Source: Escherichia coli (GTDB lineage Bacteria; Pseudomonadota; Gammaproteobacteria; Enterobacterales; Enterobacteriaceae). Taken from it: a stretch of 64,000 bases of DNA. Location of the stretch: NCBI RefSeq assembly GCF_003790525.1, contig NZ_CP033635.1. One strand, 5' to 3'. The translations under genes were made by a program, and so were the position numbers. Under the pieces are notes generated by a model. The model searched no databases. It worked only from the letters and a program-made list of their open reading frames with translations, and was not told where the DNA came from. Shown one piece after another: positions 43,405-57,150 of this stretch (position 1 is its first letter; every line of letters starts with the position of its first letter).

Positions 43405-43405
<1 letters not shown>
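42338..43405 (+). CDS. hisB: Bifunctional imidazoleglycerol-phosphate dehydratase / histidinol-phosphatase
   Basis: 355 aa from [13 protein letters not shown] (HAD motif) with IGPD C-terminal domain. Confidence 0.95.
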
Positions 43406-45483
<2,078 letters not shown>

Positions 45484-45490
<7 letters not shown>

Positions 45491-46095
45491 CAGAACAACA
45501 ACGTCGCGAACTGGACTGGGAAAAAACCGACGGACTGATGCCGGTGATTGTGCAACATGCGGTATCCGGCGAAGTGCTAATGCTGGGCTATATGAACCCG
45601 GAAGCTCTGGACAAAACCCTCGAAAGCGGCAAAGTCACCTTCTTCTCGCGCACTAAACAGCGACTGTGGACCAAAGGCGAAACGTCGGGCAATTTTCTCA
45701 ATGTGGTGAGTATTGCCCCGGACTGCGACAACGACACGTTACTGGTGCTGGCGAATCCCATCGGGCCAACCTGCCACAAAGGCACCAGCAGCTGCTTCGG
45801 CGACACCGCTCACCAGTGGCTGTTCCTGTATCAACTGGAACAACTGCTCGCCGAACGTAAATCTGCCGACCCGGAAACCTCCTACACTGCCAAACTGTAT
45901 GCCAGCGGCACCAAACGCATTGCGCAGAAAGTAGGCGAAGAAGGCGTGGAAACCGCGCTGGCCGCGACGGTACATGACCGCTTTGAGCTGACCAACGAGG
46001 CATCTGATTTGATGTATCACCTGCTGGTGTTGTTGCAGGATCAGGGGCTGGATTTAACGACGGTAATTGAGAACCTGCGTAAACGGCATCAGTGA
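45484..46095 (+). CDS. hisI: Bifunctional phosphoribosyl-AMP cyclohydrolase / phosphoribosyl-ATP pyrophosphatase
   Basis: 203 aa; last gene of the his operon. Confidence 0.95.
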
Positions 46096-46144
46096 GTTGC
46101 GGGGTAAGCGGATGCGATATTGTTGCCGCATCCGGCAAAAAAAC

Positions 46145-46176
46145 GGGCAAGGTGTCACCACCCTGCCCTTTTTCTT
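46145..46176. terminator. Terminator between convergent hisI and wzzB
   Basis: gggcaaggtg...caccaccctgccc hairpin followed by tttttcttt; a second palindrome gcggatgcg...cgcatccggc lies just upstream (46108-46136). Confidence 0.5.
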
Positions 46177-46190
46177 TAAAACCGAAAAGA

Positions 46191-47171
46191 TTACTTCGCG
46201 TTGTAATTGCGTAGAGCATTACGCCCCAGCACAATCCCCGCGCCAACCATGCCACCCAGCAGCACCGCCAGAATCAAGGTAATTGCCTTTTTCGGGCTAT
46301 CACGACGAATAGGTAACGTCGGTTTCATTACATAGCGGTAAGCATGAATATCAAGATCATCAACCTTTAAGCTTTCGATATCAAGCAGGTTTTGACGAGT
46401 CTGATAGTAGTTTGGTGAGAACACCAACGGACGGGTCGCCTCATGCTTAATCATCGACTCCAGCGCTTCGCTCCCCAAAAGGAACAACGTATCTTGTGTG
46501 ATATCTTCGCCAGTCTGTTGAATCTGCGGTTTTGTCACCTGCGCCTGATTCGCATACTGCAACGCTTCCTGAATCTGACGGATACGCAGATCTTTCTGCT
46601 CCTGCGCAACCACTTCCTGCGTTCTTAAAGAGTCCTGCAAGTTTTTCCGTCCCAGAGCAAGGTTGTCCTTGAGATCCTTTTCTAGCTCTTGATTTACTTT
46701 ATCATCAACTTGCTGAATGTATTGGGCCAATTTCATTTGTGCGTCCTCTGCAGTTTGCCCAACATAAGAAACAGTCAATGGTAATTGCTGGTTCTTTACA
46801 GAAGGTTCGATTGTAAGTTTTTCTGGTTCTTTCTGATTATCCAGCGTTTCTGCTAATGCAGAGAAGGCAGAACTGAAGCGACCAATTAACGCCTCCTGTA
46901 AATCCGGCACTTTAGGTGCAGCCTGACCATAGATAACATTCATGGCATTGTTATAGCCAGCAATTTGCCCCACGTCAGGCTGAGTGATAATTGCTGTTGA
47001 CGTCCATTTCTCCTTCGCTACCGCCAAATACCCAATAGCCAGGGCAATAGCAACAATGACAGAGAAGATGATTGTCACCTTGCCACGCCACAACTGCACT
47101 AGTAAATCAATCAAATCAATCTGTTCCGGATCATGGTTTTGCCCAGAAACGTTATTATCTTCTACTCTCAT
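46191..47171 (-). CDS. wzzB: O-antigen chain-length determinant Wzz
   Basis: 326 aa from MRVEDNNVSGQNHDPEQIDLIDLLVQLWRGK; two transmembrane ends and coiled-coil periplasmic domain. Confidence 0.9.
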   Translation of the reverse strand: MRVEDNNVSGQNHDPEQIDLIDLLVQLWRGKVTIIFSVIVAIALAIGYLAVAKEKWTSTAIITQPDVGQIAGYNNAMNVIYGQAAPKVPDLQEALIGRFSSAFSALAETLDNQKEPEKLTIEPSVKNQQLPLTVSYVGQTAEDAQMKLAQYIQQVDDKVNQELEKDLKDNLALGRKNLQDSLRTQEVVAQEQKDLRIRQIQEALQYANQAQVTKPQIQQTGEDITQDTLFLLGSEALESMIKHEATRPLVFSPNYYQTRQNLLDIESLKVDDLDIHAYRYVMKPTLPIRRDSPKKAITLILAVLLGGMVGAGIVLGRNALRNYNAK

Positions 47172-47317
47172 CATTACCCTAACGGACTAAATAATTTTAA
47201 GTCGCCATAGTTTAGCGATAATCGCCATGAATGCCATAGGATAAATGATAAAAATAATGAATTATTACAAAGGGAACATAAGAGAATCAGGGCGAAAATC
47301 GCCCTGATAACAGGATG

Positions 47318-48493
<1,176 letters not shown>

Positions 48494-48731
48494 TCAGAAT
48501 TAACTTAACTGTGAATCATGATGTTTTTAGCATCCTGATAAGAGCTAAAAGTTTTAACGCTACGTTGTCAGATGGTCAACGCAACGAAAAACAATTCAGA
48601 TTTTCTTTATAAGAATAGCTGATATTTATTAAGTTAATATTAAGCAGTGAAATTTAGTCTATAAGATAATTGGCAAAAAAAAGCCCGGCGCAATATACGC
48701 CAGGCCTCAATTTATTGTTAGTTAAATAAGA

Positions 48732-50138
48732 TTAATCCAGCCATTCAGTATGGAACACACCTTCTTTATCAATGCGCTTATAAGTATGCGCCCCGAAATA
48801 GTCACGCTGTGCCTGGATCAGGTTCGCAGGCAGAACAGCGGCACGGTAGCTATCGTAATAGGCAACCGCAGCGGCGAAGGTCGGAACCGGGATACCGTTC
48901 TGTACTGCATAAGCGACGACATCGCGCAGCGCCTGCTGGTAGTCATCGGCAATTTGCTTGAAGTACGGGGCCAGCAGCAGGTTAGCGATCTGCGGATTTT
49001 CGGCATATGCATCGGTGATTTTCTGCAGGAACTGCGCACGGATGATGCAGCCAGCACGGAAAATCTTCGCGATTTCGCCGTAGTTCAGATCCCAGTTGTA
49101 CTCTTCAGACGCAGCACGCAGCTGAGAGAAGCCCTGAGCGTAAGAAACGATTTTGCCCAGATACAGCGCACGACGAACTTTTTCGATGAACTCAGCCTTG
49201 TCGCCAGCTGGCTGCGCTTGCGGACCAGAGAGAACTTTAGATGCGGCAACGCGCTGATCTTTCAGAGAAGAGATATAACGTGCAAACACAGACTCGGTAA
49301 TCAGCGACAGCGGTTCTCCGAGATCCAGCGCGCTCTGGCTGGTCCATTTACCGGTACCTTTGTTAGCCGCTTCATCCAGGATCACATCAACCAGGTAGTT
49401 ACCGTCTTCATCTTTTTTAGTGAAGATGTCTTTGGTGATGTCGATCAGGTAGCTGCTCAGTTCACCGTTATTCCACTCGGTAAAGGTCTGTGCCAGTTCT
49501 TCGTTAGAGAGATTCAGGCCGCCTTTAAGCAGAGAATAGGCTTCAGCAATCAGCTGCATATCACCGTATTCAATACCGTTGTGAACCATCTTAACATAGT
49601 GACCTGCGCCATCGGCACCAATATAGGTAACGCATGGCTCCCCGTCTTCAGCCACTGCGGCGATTTTGGTCAGGATCGGTGCAACCAGTTCATAGGCTTC
49701 TTTCTGTCCGCCAGGCATAATGGAAGGACCTTTCAGCGCACCTTCTTCACCACCGGAAACACCGGTACCGATAAAGTTAAAGCCTTCTGCAGAAAGCTCA
49801 CGGTTACGACGAATGGTGTCCTGGAAGAAGGTGTTACCACCATCAATGATGATGTCACCTTTATCGAGGTATGGCTTGAGGGAATCAATAGCAGCATCCG
49901 TGCCTGCACCTGCTTTCACCATTAACAGGATGCGACGAGGCGTTTCCAGAGATTCAACAAACTCTTTCACCGTATAGTAAGGAACCAGTTTCTTGCCTGG
50001 ATTTTCGGCAATAACTTCTTCCGTCTTTTCACGGGAACGGTTGAAAATAGAGACGGTATAACCACGGCTTTCGATGTTGAGCGCAAGGTTGCGCCCCATC
50101 ACTGCCATACCGACGACGCCAATCTGTTGCTTTGACAT
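48732..50138 (-). CDS. gnd: 6-phosphogluconate dehydrogenase (decarboxylating)
   Basis: 468 aa [27 protein letters not shown]... matches Gnd. Confidence 0.95.
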   Translation of the reverse strand: MSKQQIGVVGMAVMGRNLALNIESRGYTVSIFNRSREKTEEVIAENPGKKLVPYYTVKEFVESLETPRRILLMVKAGAGTDAAIDSLKPYLDKGDIIIDGGNTFFQDTIRRNRELSAEGFNFIGTGVSGGEEGALKGPSIMPGGQKEAYELVAPILTKIAAVAEDGEPCVTYIGADGAGHYVKMVHNGIEYGDMQLIAEAYSLLKGGLNLSNEELAQTFTEWNNGELSSYLIDITKDIFTKKDEDGNYLVDVILDEAANKGTGKWTSQSALDLGEPLSLITESVFARYISSLKDQRVAASKVLSGPQAQPAGDKAEFIEKVRRALYLGKIVSYAQGFSQLRAASEEYNWDLNYGEIAKIFRAGCIIRAQFLQKITDAYAENPQIANLLLAPYFKQIADDYQQALRDVVAYAVQNGIPVPTFAAAVAYYDSYRAAVLPANLIQAQRDYFGAHTYKRIDKEGVFHTEWLD

Positions 50139-50327
50139 TGTTTACTCCTGTCTGAGGTGCTCACCGCTGCAAATAAGCGGCTGAATATGAGTAACGGGTT
50201 TACTTCTAATATATTTAGGAAAGGCTTATCTCTCTATGTCCCAAAAACTAAACCTTTTGGATACATCGACTATCAGATCTAAAAGACATACATTTTATAA
50301 TATCAAAACCTAATAAAACCATTCTAA

Positions 50328-51083
50328 TTAAAGTCTCTTAGCAAGAGCTCTTACTGAATAAATAAAAAAAAGAACTAATGACTTGAATAATGAAAAAGAC
50401 AATACTCTTCTATAAATATTCCATTGCCACATAGCTGCAGTGAACTTATTTGAGGACAACCCCGTATTATGTATATAATATCTGGCAAGATTTTTCTGTA
50501 TGCAATAAACCAGCTTTGCTTTTTTTACTATTGTTAACCACATTAGGTAATCTTCATGACCAATTTCCTGTTGATATACTTTCCCTATCTGAGTTGAGTC
50601 ATAAATACCAGTTAAGTTACCAATATGATTAGATTGCAGCATATTATTATATGTAATAACTTCCTTAAACCTTCTTTCTTTTATTACATTTGTATCAGCA
50701 TAAAAAACCTCATAGTTTGAACAAACAACTTTATAATTTCCAGCACTCAATATTTTCAGTTGTTCTTCGAGTTTAGTCTCAAACCAAACATCATCACTAT
50801 CACAAAATGCAATATATCTACCATTACAAGCAGCAATCCCAACATTTCTAGCCGAAGATACTCCCTTACCATTTCGATTTAGTAAATAAACAATACGTTC
50901 ATCGATAATAGACTTAATAATATGTTCTGTTGAATCCGACGAATTATCATTGATTATATATAATTTAAAATCCTCATACGTTTGTTTTAAAATTGACAAA
51001 ATACTATCTTTAATAGTTTCTTCAGCATTATAAGCTGGCATAATTATTGATACTGTTTCATTACCCATAAAAAGCCCCATCAT
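50328..51083 (-). CDS. Family 2 glycosyltransferase (O-antigen)
   Basis: IIMPAYNAEETI and DSDD motifs; AT-rich; start uncertain among three N-terminal Met codons. Confidence 0.8.
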   Translation of the reverse strand: MMGLFMGNETVSIIMPAYNAEETIKDSILSILKQTYEDFKLYIINDNSSDSTEHIIKSIIDERIVYLLNRNGKGVSSARNVGIAACNGRYIAFCDSDDVWFETKLEEQLKILSAGNYKVVCSNYEVFYADTNVIKERRFKEVITYNNMLQSNHIGNLTGIYDSTQIGKVYQQEIGHEDYLMWLTIVKKAKLVYCIQKNLARYYIHNTGLSSNKFTAAMWQWNIYRRVLSFSLFKSLVLFFIYSVRALAKRL

Positions 51084-51092
51084 TATTCAAAA

Positions 51093-52175
51093 TTAGAACA
51101 AGTATGATTTATAATAAAATTCTGCGATAGGAAACAGAATAACCTTTAATAGATACGGAATAAAACAGTATAATAATGAGAGATACAAACAAACGAAGTA
51201 TCTATTCTTAACAGTGTATTTAATAACATAAATTATCGGGATTATATAAAATATCACAAAATAGTAGTTAACCCTTGAAATAAAATCAAAACTGAGCATT
51301 AACAAATAAACATTCACCGTTAAAGCCCACATACCAATTAACTTTCGCTCATTATCTTTTATAACAAAAACCTTTAGTTTTAATAAGATAAGGAATAGCA
51401 AATTAAATGGAATCCAATACATTTTAGTTAGTACATTCATTATACTCACAGAACTTTCATCGAATGAGGATAAATAATGTGAGTAATAGGGGAATAAATT
51501 TTGCACTATATAATAAATAATTTGCTGAAGATAAGAGAAAAGAAACAATAAAAAAGTCAACACATAAATTTTAAAAGCATGTTTACACGCAAAAAAATAC
51601 GTCTTATCTGGAATTACGAGAAAACAGAAACCAATCAAAGCAGAGCGATGAAAACCTAAAGCAGCAACCATTAATATGAAAGATAACAATAATTTCCCTC
51701 TAAACTTATAGAGAATTGATATTGCAAACAAATAAATTGAAAATGATGCTCTTATTATATTCATCTGGGTATGAAATAAATTAGTAACAACCCAAAAAAG
51801 AAAAAAAACCAAAACAAGAGAATAACCATAGTTTTTCCATAACTGAAAAACAATAACAAACACCAATAAAGATTGTAATAAAGCAGTTAACGCAATAAAA
51901 CCTTTGAATCCCCATCCAGTCAGTTGATATAGCCTCATATATCCATAAAAGAGATATTCCTTATTTTGATAAAAGGTATCGAGTTCATTAGCATTATTAT
52001 ATATATTTTGATAGCTAAAATAATCTGTTCCAACACCGTATTGAAATGCTGGCAACAGAGTCATAAAAAAAACGCATATGCCCCCGATAATTATTTTCCC
52101 ATAAGGAATACGATTATATGCATTAAACAAAAACATATAAAAAAGCACAATAGTATTAATTATAATATATATCAT
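51093..52175 (-). CDS. wzy: O-antigen polymerase Wzy (EpsG-like)
   Basis: 360-aa highly hydrophobic polytopic protein, AT-rich, inside the O-antigen cluster. Confidence 0.7.
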   Translation of the reverse strand: MIYIIINTIVLFYMFLFNAYNRIPYGKIIIGGICVFFMTLLPAFQYGVGTDYFSYQNIYNNANELDTFYQNKEYLFYGYMRLYQLTGWGFKGFIALTALLQSLLVFVIVFQLWKNYGYSLVLVFFLFWVVTNLFHTQMNIIRASFSIYLFAISILYKFRGKLLLSFILMVAALGFHRSALIGFCFLVIPDKTYFFACKHAFKIYVLTFLLFLFSYLQQIIYYIVQNLFPYYSHYLSSFDESSVSIMNVLTKMYWIPFNLLFLILLKLKVFVIKDNERKLIGMWALTVNVYLLMLSFDFISRVNYYFVIFYIIPIIYVIKYTVKNRYFVCLYLSLLYCFIPYLLKVILFPIAEFYYKSYLF

Positions 52176-52858
52176 TTTTCTGCAATAAAAAGACGTTCAG
52201 CTTCGATAGAACTAGAGTTTAAATTTACAGGATGAGAAAAGTATTGACCATAAAATACATTATCCAGTTTCGCATTTCTTACAATGTAACTCCAGTCATC
52301 ACAAAAGAAACTATTTTCTTCCATTAACCTCAGAATTCTCTCAGCGCCTTTAATATCCACACAATAACAGCATGTCCTATATAACCAACGATGTGTACCT
52401 AATATTACTTTTCGCACCCCACATATTGATTTTCTCCCCATTATGACACGACTAAAGCTTTTTAGACCATCCTGTCCACCCAAAATATAGACACTTGATG
52501 AGCAGAATGAATTAATCATTTCGTCCAAATATTTAACATTTTCCTTGGGCAAAACGTCATCTTCCAAAACCACCAACCATTTCCTTCCACTCGCCAAAAA
52601 TTCCGTTAAAGCTTTTTTATGACTCAAGAAACATCCCAATTCCGACGGAGTTAAAAAACCTCTTCCAAACATCTTTGAGGACCTAATTTTAAATAAAGAA
52701 AAGTATTTTTCTGCCAATAATTTCCGTCCATCAATAGCATGAGAAACACGACATTCTATGTCATACTTCGCCATTTCATTTTTTAATTTATCTCTCCTTT
52801 CATTATGTTGAGGTAATGATATTATACAAAAGTCAACAAGTTTTCTTTTCATTCTCAC
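52172..52858 (-). CDS. Family 25 glycosyltransferase (LPS/O-antigen)
   Basis: N-terminal CIISLPQHNERRDKL... pattern typical of GT25 (Lic2B/LgtB-like). Confidence 0.65.
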   Translation of the reverse strand: MRMKRKLVDFCIISLPQHNERRDKLKNEMAKYDIECRVSHAIDGRKLLAEKYFSLFKIRSSKMFGRGFLTPSELGCFLSHKKALTEFLASGRKWLVVLEDDVLPKENVKYLDEMINSFCSSSVYILGGQDGLKSFSRVIMGRKSICGVRKVILGTHRWLYRTCCYCVDIKGAERILRLMEENSFFCDDWSYIVRNAKLDNVFYGQYFSHPVNLNSSSIEAERLFIAEK

Positions 52859-53664
52859 TTCCTTTTACTGGACAGTTGTTTTAATCTTTTATAAAAATAT
52901 GAAAGCATATATCTTATAACTGTTATGAATGCAAGACAAAATGCATTATTTAGGGACGTTCTGTAAACCTCCAGAGCAAGCTCAACTATTTGTTTTGGTG
53001 TATATTTATATCCCCGTCCATAGGATATTTTAATTTGAGACCCTCCCAGAGTTCTCACAGAAATTAGCGACATAACAGAAATTAGTTTTAGTTTTAATGG
53101 TATATCTTCCCCCCAAGTCAAATATCTTATTTTATAAGCATCAATGATTTTATTTCTACGATACAACGTATTAGATTGATTCCAACCAAGAGTAAATTGC
53201 TTTGGATACCCTAAACACTCTATACATTCTTGTATTAATCCTCTGTTATATTTTTTTATTGTGAAAATATTACCTGTCTCGTTTTTACAATTAAACTCTT
53301 CCACATAATCACTTCTAAAGACGATGGCATCAACCTCATTATTTTCTAATAAATAATTAACACCCCAATCAAGAGCAAATTCAGCAATATAATCATCAGT
53401 ATCAAGAAAAAAACAAAATTCTGTATCTGAATCCAATAAGCCTACATATCTTGCGTGAGAAGGGCCTTGATTAAGAGTATAGGTGTAATTACACCCGTAA
53501 TTATTACAAATAATTTTATTTTTGCGCGCTTCATCAGAAACTGAACCATCATCAATTACAAAAATCTTACACTGCTTATAGCTACTGATTATTTTAATAT
53601 TTTCCTCTAATATTATGCTCGAATTATAAGTTGGTATTATTATTGATATTCTTTTATTATTCAT
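52855..53664 (-). CDS. Family 2 glycosyltransferase (O-antigen)
   Basis: ISIIIPTYNSS and DTDD motifs. Confidence 0.8.
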   Translation of the reverse strand: MNNKRISIIIPTYNSSIILEENIKIISSYKQCKIFVIDDGSVSDEARKNKIICNNYGCNYTYTLNQGPSHARYVGLLDSDTEFCFFLDTDDYIAEFALDWGVNYLLENNEVDAIVFRSDYVEEFNCKNETGNIFTIKKYNRGLIQECIECLGYPKQFTLGWNQSNTLYRRNKIIDAYKIRYLTWGEDIPLKLKLISVMSLISVRTLGGSQIKISYGRGYKYTPKQIVELALEVYRTSLNNAFCLAFITVIRYMLSYFYKRLKQLSSKRK

Positions 53665-53672
53665 TCTATTGC

Positions 53673-54467
53673 CTATTTATTGTATTTTACGTATATGGCT
53701 TTCTTTGTGTTATAAAGGTTTTTAACATAGGATAACCGTTTAACATGCAAGTAAAGGGGTTTAATGATAGTTTTTACCCTGACGGTTGATTTATCCCACA
53801 TTAACTGTTCATATAATTCGCCATCACAATATTTCAGACCCAGTGAACGTTTATATAAAAACAGCTCATTGCTCATCCACTTCCCAAAAAACTCTAACCC
53901 TCGAAAAACGACACCATCATAATTTTTTGCTATCTGCTTTTGCAAAATATCAACACCGTATGCCGAAAAAATATAATGGGCATCGACTTTCATTAAATAA
54001 TCACAATCACCTAAAGAAAAACTAAAATTATAAAATTCGGCCAGTGAACCATCTCCCTTTGTCACCTGATCTTTATACCCTTCTCCAGCAATAGCGAGAT
54101 TTTTATCATAAGAGTAAAGTTGTATAGAGCAAACATCAGCTAATTGATTCGATAATCTTTCTACAATATCTCTTGTATTATCTGTAGAATTATTATCTAC
54201 AACAATTATTTGTGATGCTAACCCCGAAATAGACAATATAGATGCCTCTATATATTCAGATCCGTTTTTGACTCTATATATAACAGAGACACTTGGTATT
54301 TTCCTCTTATATTCATTCTGTTTTCTTAGCTTAGCTGCAACATAATCATCAAAATCTAACCGATTGGAGTACTTCTTATCGTTTTTCGCAGATAAAAAGG
54401 AAATAGTAAAAAGATAGTAATGAAAAGATAAAATTAACTTTTTTAAAATAGAATATAAACTCATCAC
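53673..54467 (-). CDS. Glycosyltransferase, GT2-like
   Basis: VSVIYRVKNGSEYIEASILSI...VVDNNSTDNT pattern; DXD-like VDAH. Confidence 0.6.
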   Translation of the reverse strand: MMSLYSILKKLILSFHYYLFTISFLSAKNDKKYSNRLDFDDYVAAKLRKQNEYKRKIPSVSVIYRVKNGSEYIEASILSISGLASQIIVVDNNSTDNTRDIVERLSNQLADVCSIQLYSYDKNLAIAGEGYKDQVTKGDGSLAEFYNFSFSLGDCDYLMKVDAHYIFSAYGVDILQKQIAKNYDGVVFRGLEFFGKWMSNELFLYKRSLGLKYCDGELYEQLMWDKSTVRVKTIIKPLYLHVKRLSYVKNLYNTKKAIYVKYNK

Positions 54468-55738
54468 TTTATCACTCGATTAAACAATAAAATACAGTAA
54501 ATCAATGGGATTATATTAATCAATGACACGACAATTAACTTAGACACAGCTATTCCAACAACACCAAATATGTTAGTCAGATAAAATGTTATAACAAGAG
54601 ACGGTATAAGCATATATATATGCAATTTACTTATAAAACCTTGCCGATCACTCATATTTAAAAAAACATATACAGGGCAAAATATTGCATTAATAATCTG
54701 CGTCATAACTAAAATAATTAACACTTCGCTAGCATTACTGTATTGAACACCAAATATAGATAATATCAGCCCTGAAAAAAAGGGAAACAGAAGAGCCATT
54801 AAAACACATGGTATCATTATGAAGAACATAGCTTTTTTAGTTAGCTCTTTTATTTCATTCATTTTACTTTGGCTGTATAAACTGGCGACCTTAGGTGCCA
54901 GAATTGTGCTAATTGACATTGCAAATAAATTTATAACCAAGGATATTCTATCAGACACAGCAATAATAGCGACATCAGCAGCTGGGAGCAACAAACCGGA
55001 AAGTACAACATAAGATTGAACAATCAGCATTCCTAATGAGTTACCAATGAAATACTCTGATAATTCTTTCAGTCTAAACGGTATTGACTCTGTTTCTAAC
55101 CGATTGAAATCGTCCCTAAATTTATAATACGAGTATACCCCCCCCCCTCCTCCAATAAGAATAATTGAGAAGAAGTATGATAAAGACACCAGTAAAACAC
55201 TTTCATTTTTAATCAGAACAATAAGTAATACAAAAAAAATAAACAATAAGGGTTGAAATATATACTGCAGAACAACACTAAAAGTGACAAGACCTTGAGA
55301 CTGTAAAAAGGAATATAACAATATATTTACTGACGATGATATTATCAACAGAATCGCCAAACACCATGTATTTCGTAATAATAATTGTGGCGAAAAATAA
55401 TGAATTATAGGTATTAAAATGATAGATAAGATAATACTGGATATAACACTCCGTTTTATGCATCTAAGAAAAAAAACGCCTCGTGCTTTTAATGCATATT
55501 TAACTGAGGCACATTTTTTCAAAATTAAATTATTTTGTCCTAAAGAGGATAGGGACGATATTATTCCAGTTACTGATAATAGGAAGAAAACCCCACCAGC
55601 CTCACTCATATTGAGCGTTCTTGATATCATCACACTCGTTGACAGCGCAAGTATAGCGCCGAATATCCTCAACACAAATACAGTTTTAATTGTAAACATT
55701 AACTTCTCGTTATTTACCCAAAGACCTCTTTGCAACAA
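54464..55738 (-). CDS. wzx: O-antigen flippase Wzx
   Basis: 424-aa polytopic membrane protein; first gene after the JUMPstart; contains an internal G10 coding-strand homopolymer. Confidence 0.8.
   Translation of the reverse strand: MLQRGLWVNNEKLMFTIKTVFVLRIFGAILALSTSVMISRTLNMSEAGGVFFLLSVTGIISSLSSLGQNNLILKKCASVKYALKARGVFFLRCIKRSVISSIILSIILIPIIHYFSPQLLLRNTWCLAILLIISSSVNILLYSFLQSQGLVTFSVVLQYIFQPLLFIFFVLLIVLIKNESVLLVSLSYFFSIILIGGGGGVYSYYKFRDDFNRLETESIPFRLKELSEYFIGNSLGMLIVQSYVVLSGLLLPAADVAIIAVSDRISLVINLFAMSISTILAPKVASLYSQSKMNEIKELTKKAMFFIMIPCVLMALLFPFFSGLILSIFGVQYSNASEVLIILVMTQIINAIFCPVYVFLNMSDRQGFISKLHIYMLIPSLVITFYLTNIFGVVGIAVSKLIVVSLINIIPLIYCILLFNRVIK
55138..55147. repeat. Homopolymeric C10 tract (G10 on the wzx coding strand)
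   Basis: Ten consecutive C residues inside wzx, encoding part of GGGGG in IILIGGGGGVYSYY. Confidence 0.9.
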
Positions 55739-55786
55739 ATAATAGGGGGGAGGGTATAGATACTACCCCGCAAGACGCAAAAAACA

Positions 55787-55797
55787 ACGCTACCGCC
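55787..55797 (-). promoter_or_regulatory. ops element (GGCGGTAGCGT) of the JUMPstart region, RfaH-dependent antitermination site
   Basis: Plus-strand acgctaccgcc is the reverse complement of GGCGGTAGCGT, 49 bp upstream of wzx on the transcribed strand. Confidence 0.7.
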
Positions 55798-56009
55798 CCT
55801 GGCTTAACAGCTACCAGTTCACTAACACAAACTTATAACATGGCAATCTTAATAAATTCGTCTCTAATAAAACAAGAGACCGTTTTCTAAATCACATGAA
55901 GCAAAAAATCACCATAAAAGATCTAAACATCATCTGATATTTTAAACATTAGCTTAGATAATCGGTTGACGACTTTCATATTACTATTTTCTCCCGCCTT
56001 TTATCTTCA

Positions 56010-56909
56010 TTAAAAATCATTTATAATTATTTCTTCTATTTTACCACGGAATTTTGTGCCTAGCATAATGTTTCTCAAACCATACTTCACAAACGCCTGC
56101 ATATAGCCCATTTTTTTGCCGCAGTCGTAACTGTCGCCAGTCATCAGCATTGCATCCACAGCATGTTTTTTCGCCAGTTCGGCAATGGCATCAGTCAGTT
56201 GAATACGTCCCCATGCACCAGGCTGAGTACGTTCCAGTTCCGGCCAAATATCGGCAGAAAGCACATAACGACCTACGGCCATGATATCTGAGTCCAGCGT
56301 CTGCGGCTGATCCGGTTTTTCGATAAATTCAACAATGCGGCTGACTTTACCTTCGCGATCCAGCGGTTCTTTGGTCTGAATGACGGAGTATTCAGAGAGA
56401 TCGCCCGGCATACGTTTTGCCAGCACCTGGCTGCGTCCCGTTTCATTGAAGCGCGCAATCATAGCGGCAAGATTGTAGCGCAGCGGGTCGGCGCTGGCGT
56501 CATCGATAACAACGTCCGGCAATACCACGACAAATGGGTTGTCACCAATGGCCGGTCGCGCACACAAAATGGAGTGGCCCAGACCTAAAGGTTCGCCCTG
56601 ACGCACGTTCATAATGGTCACACCCGGCGGGCAGATGGATTGAACTTCCGCCAGTAGTTGACGCTTCACGCGCTGTTCAAGAAGAGATTCTAATTCATAA
56701 GAGGTGTCGAAGTGGTTTTCGACCGCGTTCTTGGACGCGTGAGTTACCAAGAGGATTTCTTTGATCCCTGCAGCCACAATCTCGTCAACAATGTACTGAA
56801 TCATTGGCTTGTCGACAATCGGTAGCATCTCTTTGGGAATCGCCTTAGTGGCAGGCAACATATGCATCCCAAGACCTGCTACCGGTATAACTGCTTTTAA
56901 ATTCGTCAT
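56010..56909 (-). CDS. galF: UTP-glucose-1-phosphate uridylyltransferase paralog GalF
   Basis: 299 aa [43 protein letters not shown]... matches GalF. Confidence 0.9.
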   Translation of the reverse strand: MTNLKAVIPVAGLGMHMLPATKAIPKEMLPIVDKPMIQYIVDEIVAAGIKEILLVTHASKNAVENHFDTSYELESLLEQRVKRQLLAEVQSICPPGVTIMNVRQGEPLGLGHSILCARPAIGDNPFVVVLPDVVIDDASADPLRYNLAAMIARFNETGRSQVLAKRMPGDLSEYSVIQTKEPLDREGKVSRIVEFIEKPDQPQTLDSDIMAVGRYVLSADIWPELERTQPGAWGRIQLTDAIAELAKKHAVDAMLMTGDSYDCGKKMGYMQAFVKYGLRNIMLGTKFRGKIEEIIINDF

Positions 56910-57150
56910 TCTTTTCCTACCTCTAAGTGGCTGATAGTGCGTAAATTATTGCCATAGGTTAGCCAACGGTATGGCTATATGCCAAAGCTTAGTACCGCAT
57001 AACTTTGATTAAACCTTACGATAACACTACACACCATCAGCATCTGGGTTACTCGGATTACTCGGAAATCCACATACTGATAATTTAATCAGTACCTCTT
57101 TCCGAATAATCGTAGTCCAACCTAGTCCTTTTTTCTCTGACTCGTCTGCA

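Noticed and set aside
48750-49925. 391-aa plus-strand ORF
   Set aside because: It lies entirely antisense within gnd, whose minus-strand product matches 6-phosphogluconate dehydrogenase; a long antisense ORF in a GC-balanced gene is expected by chance.
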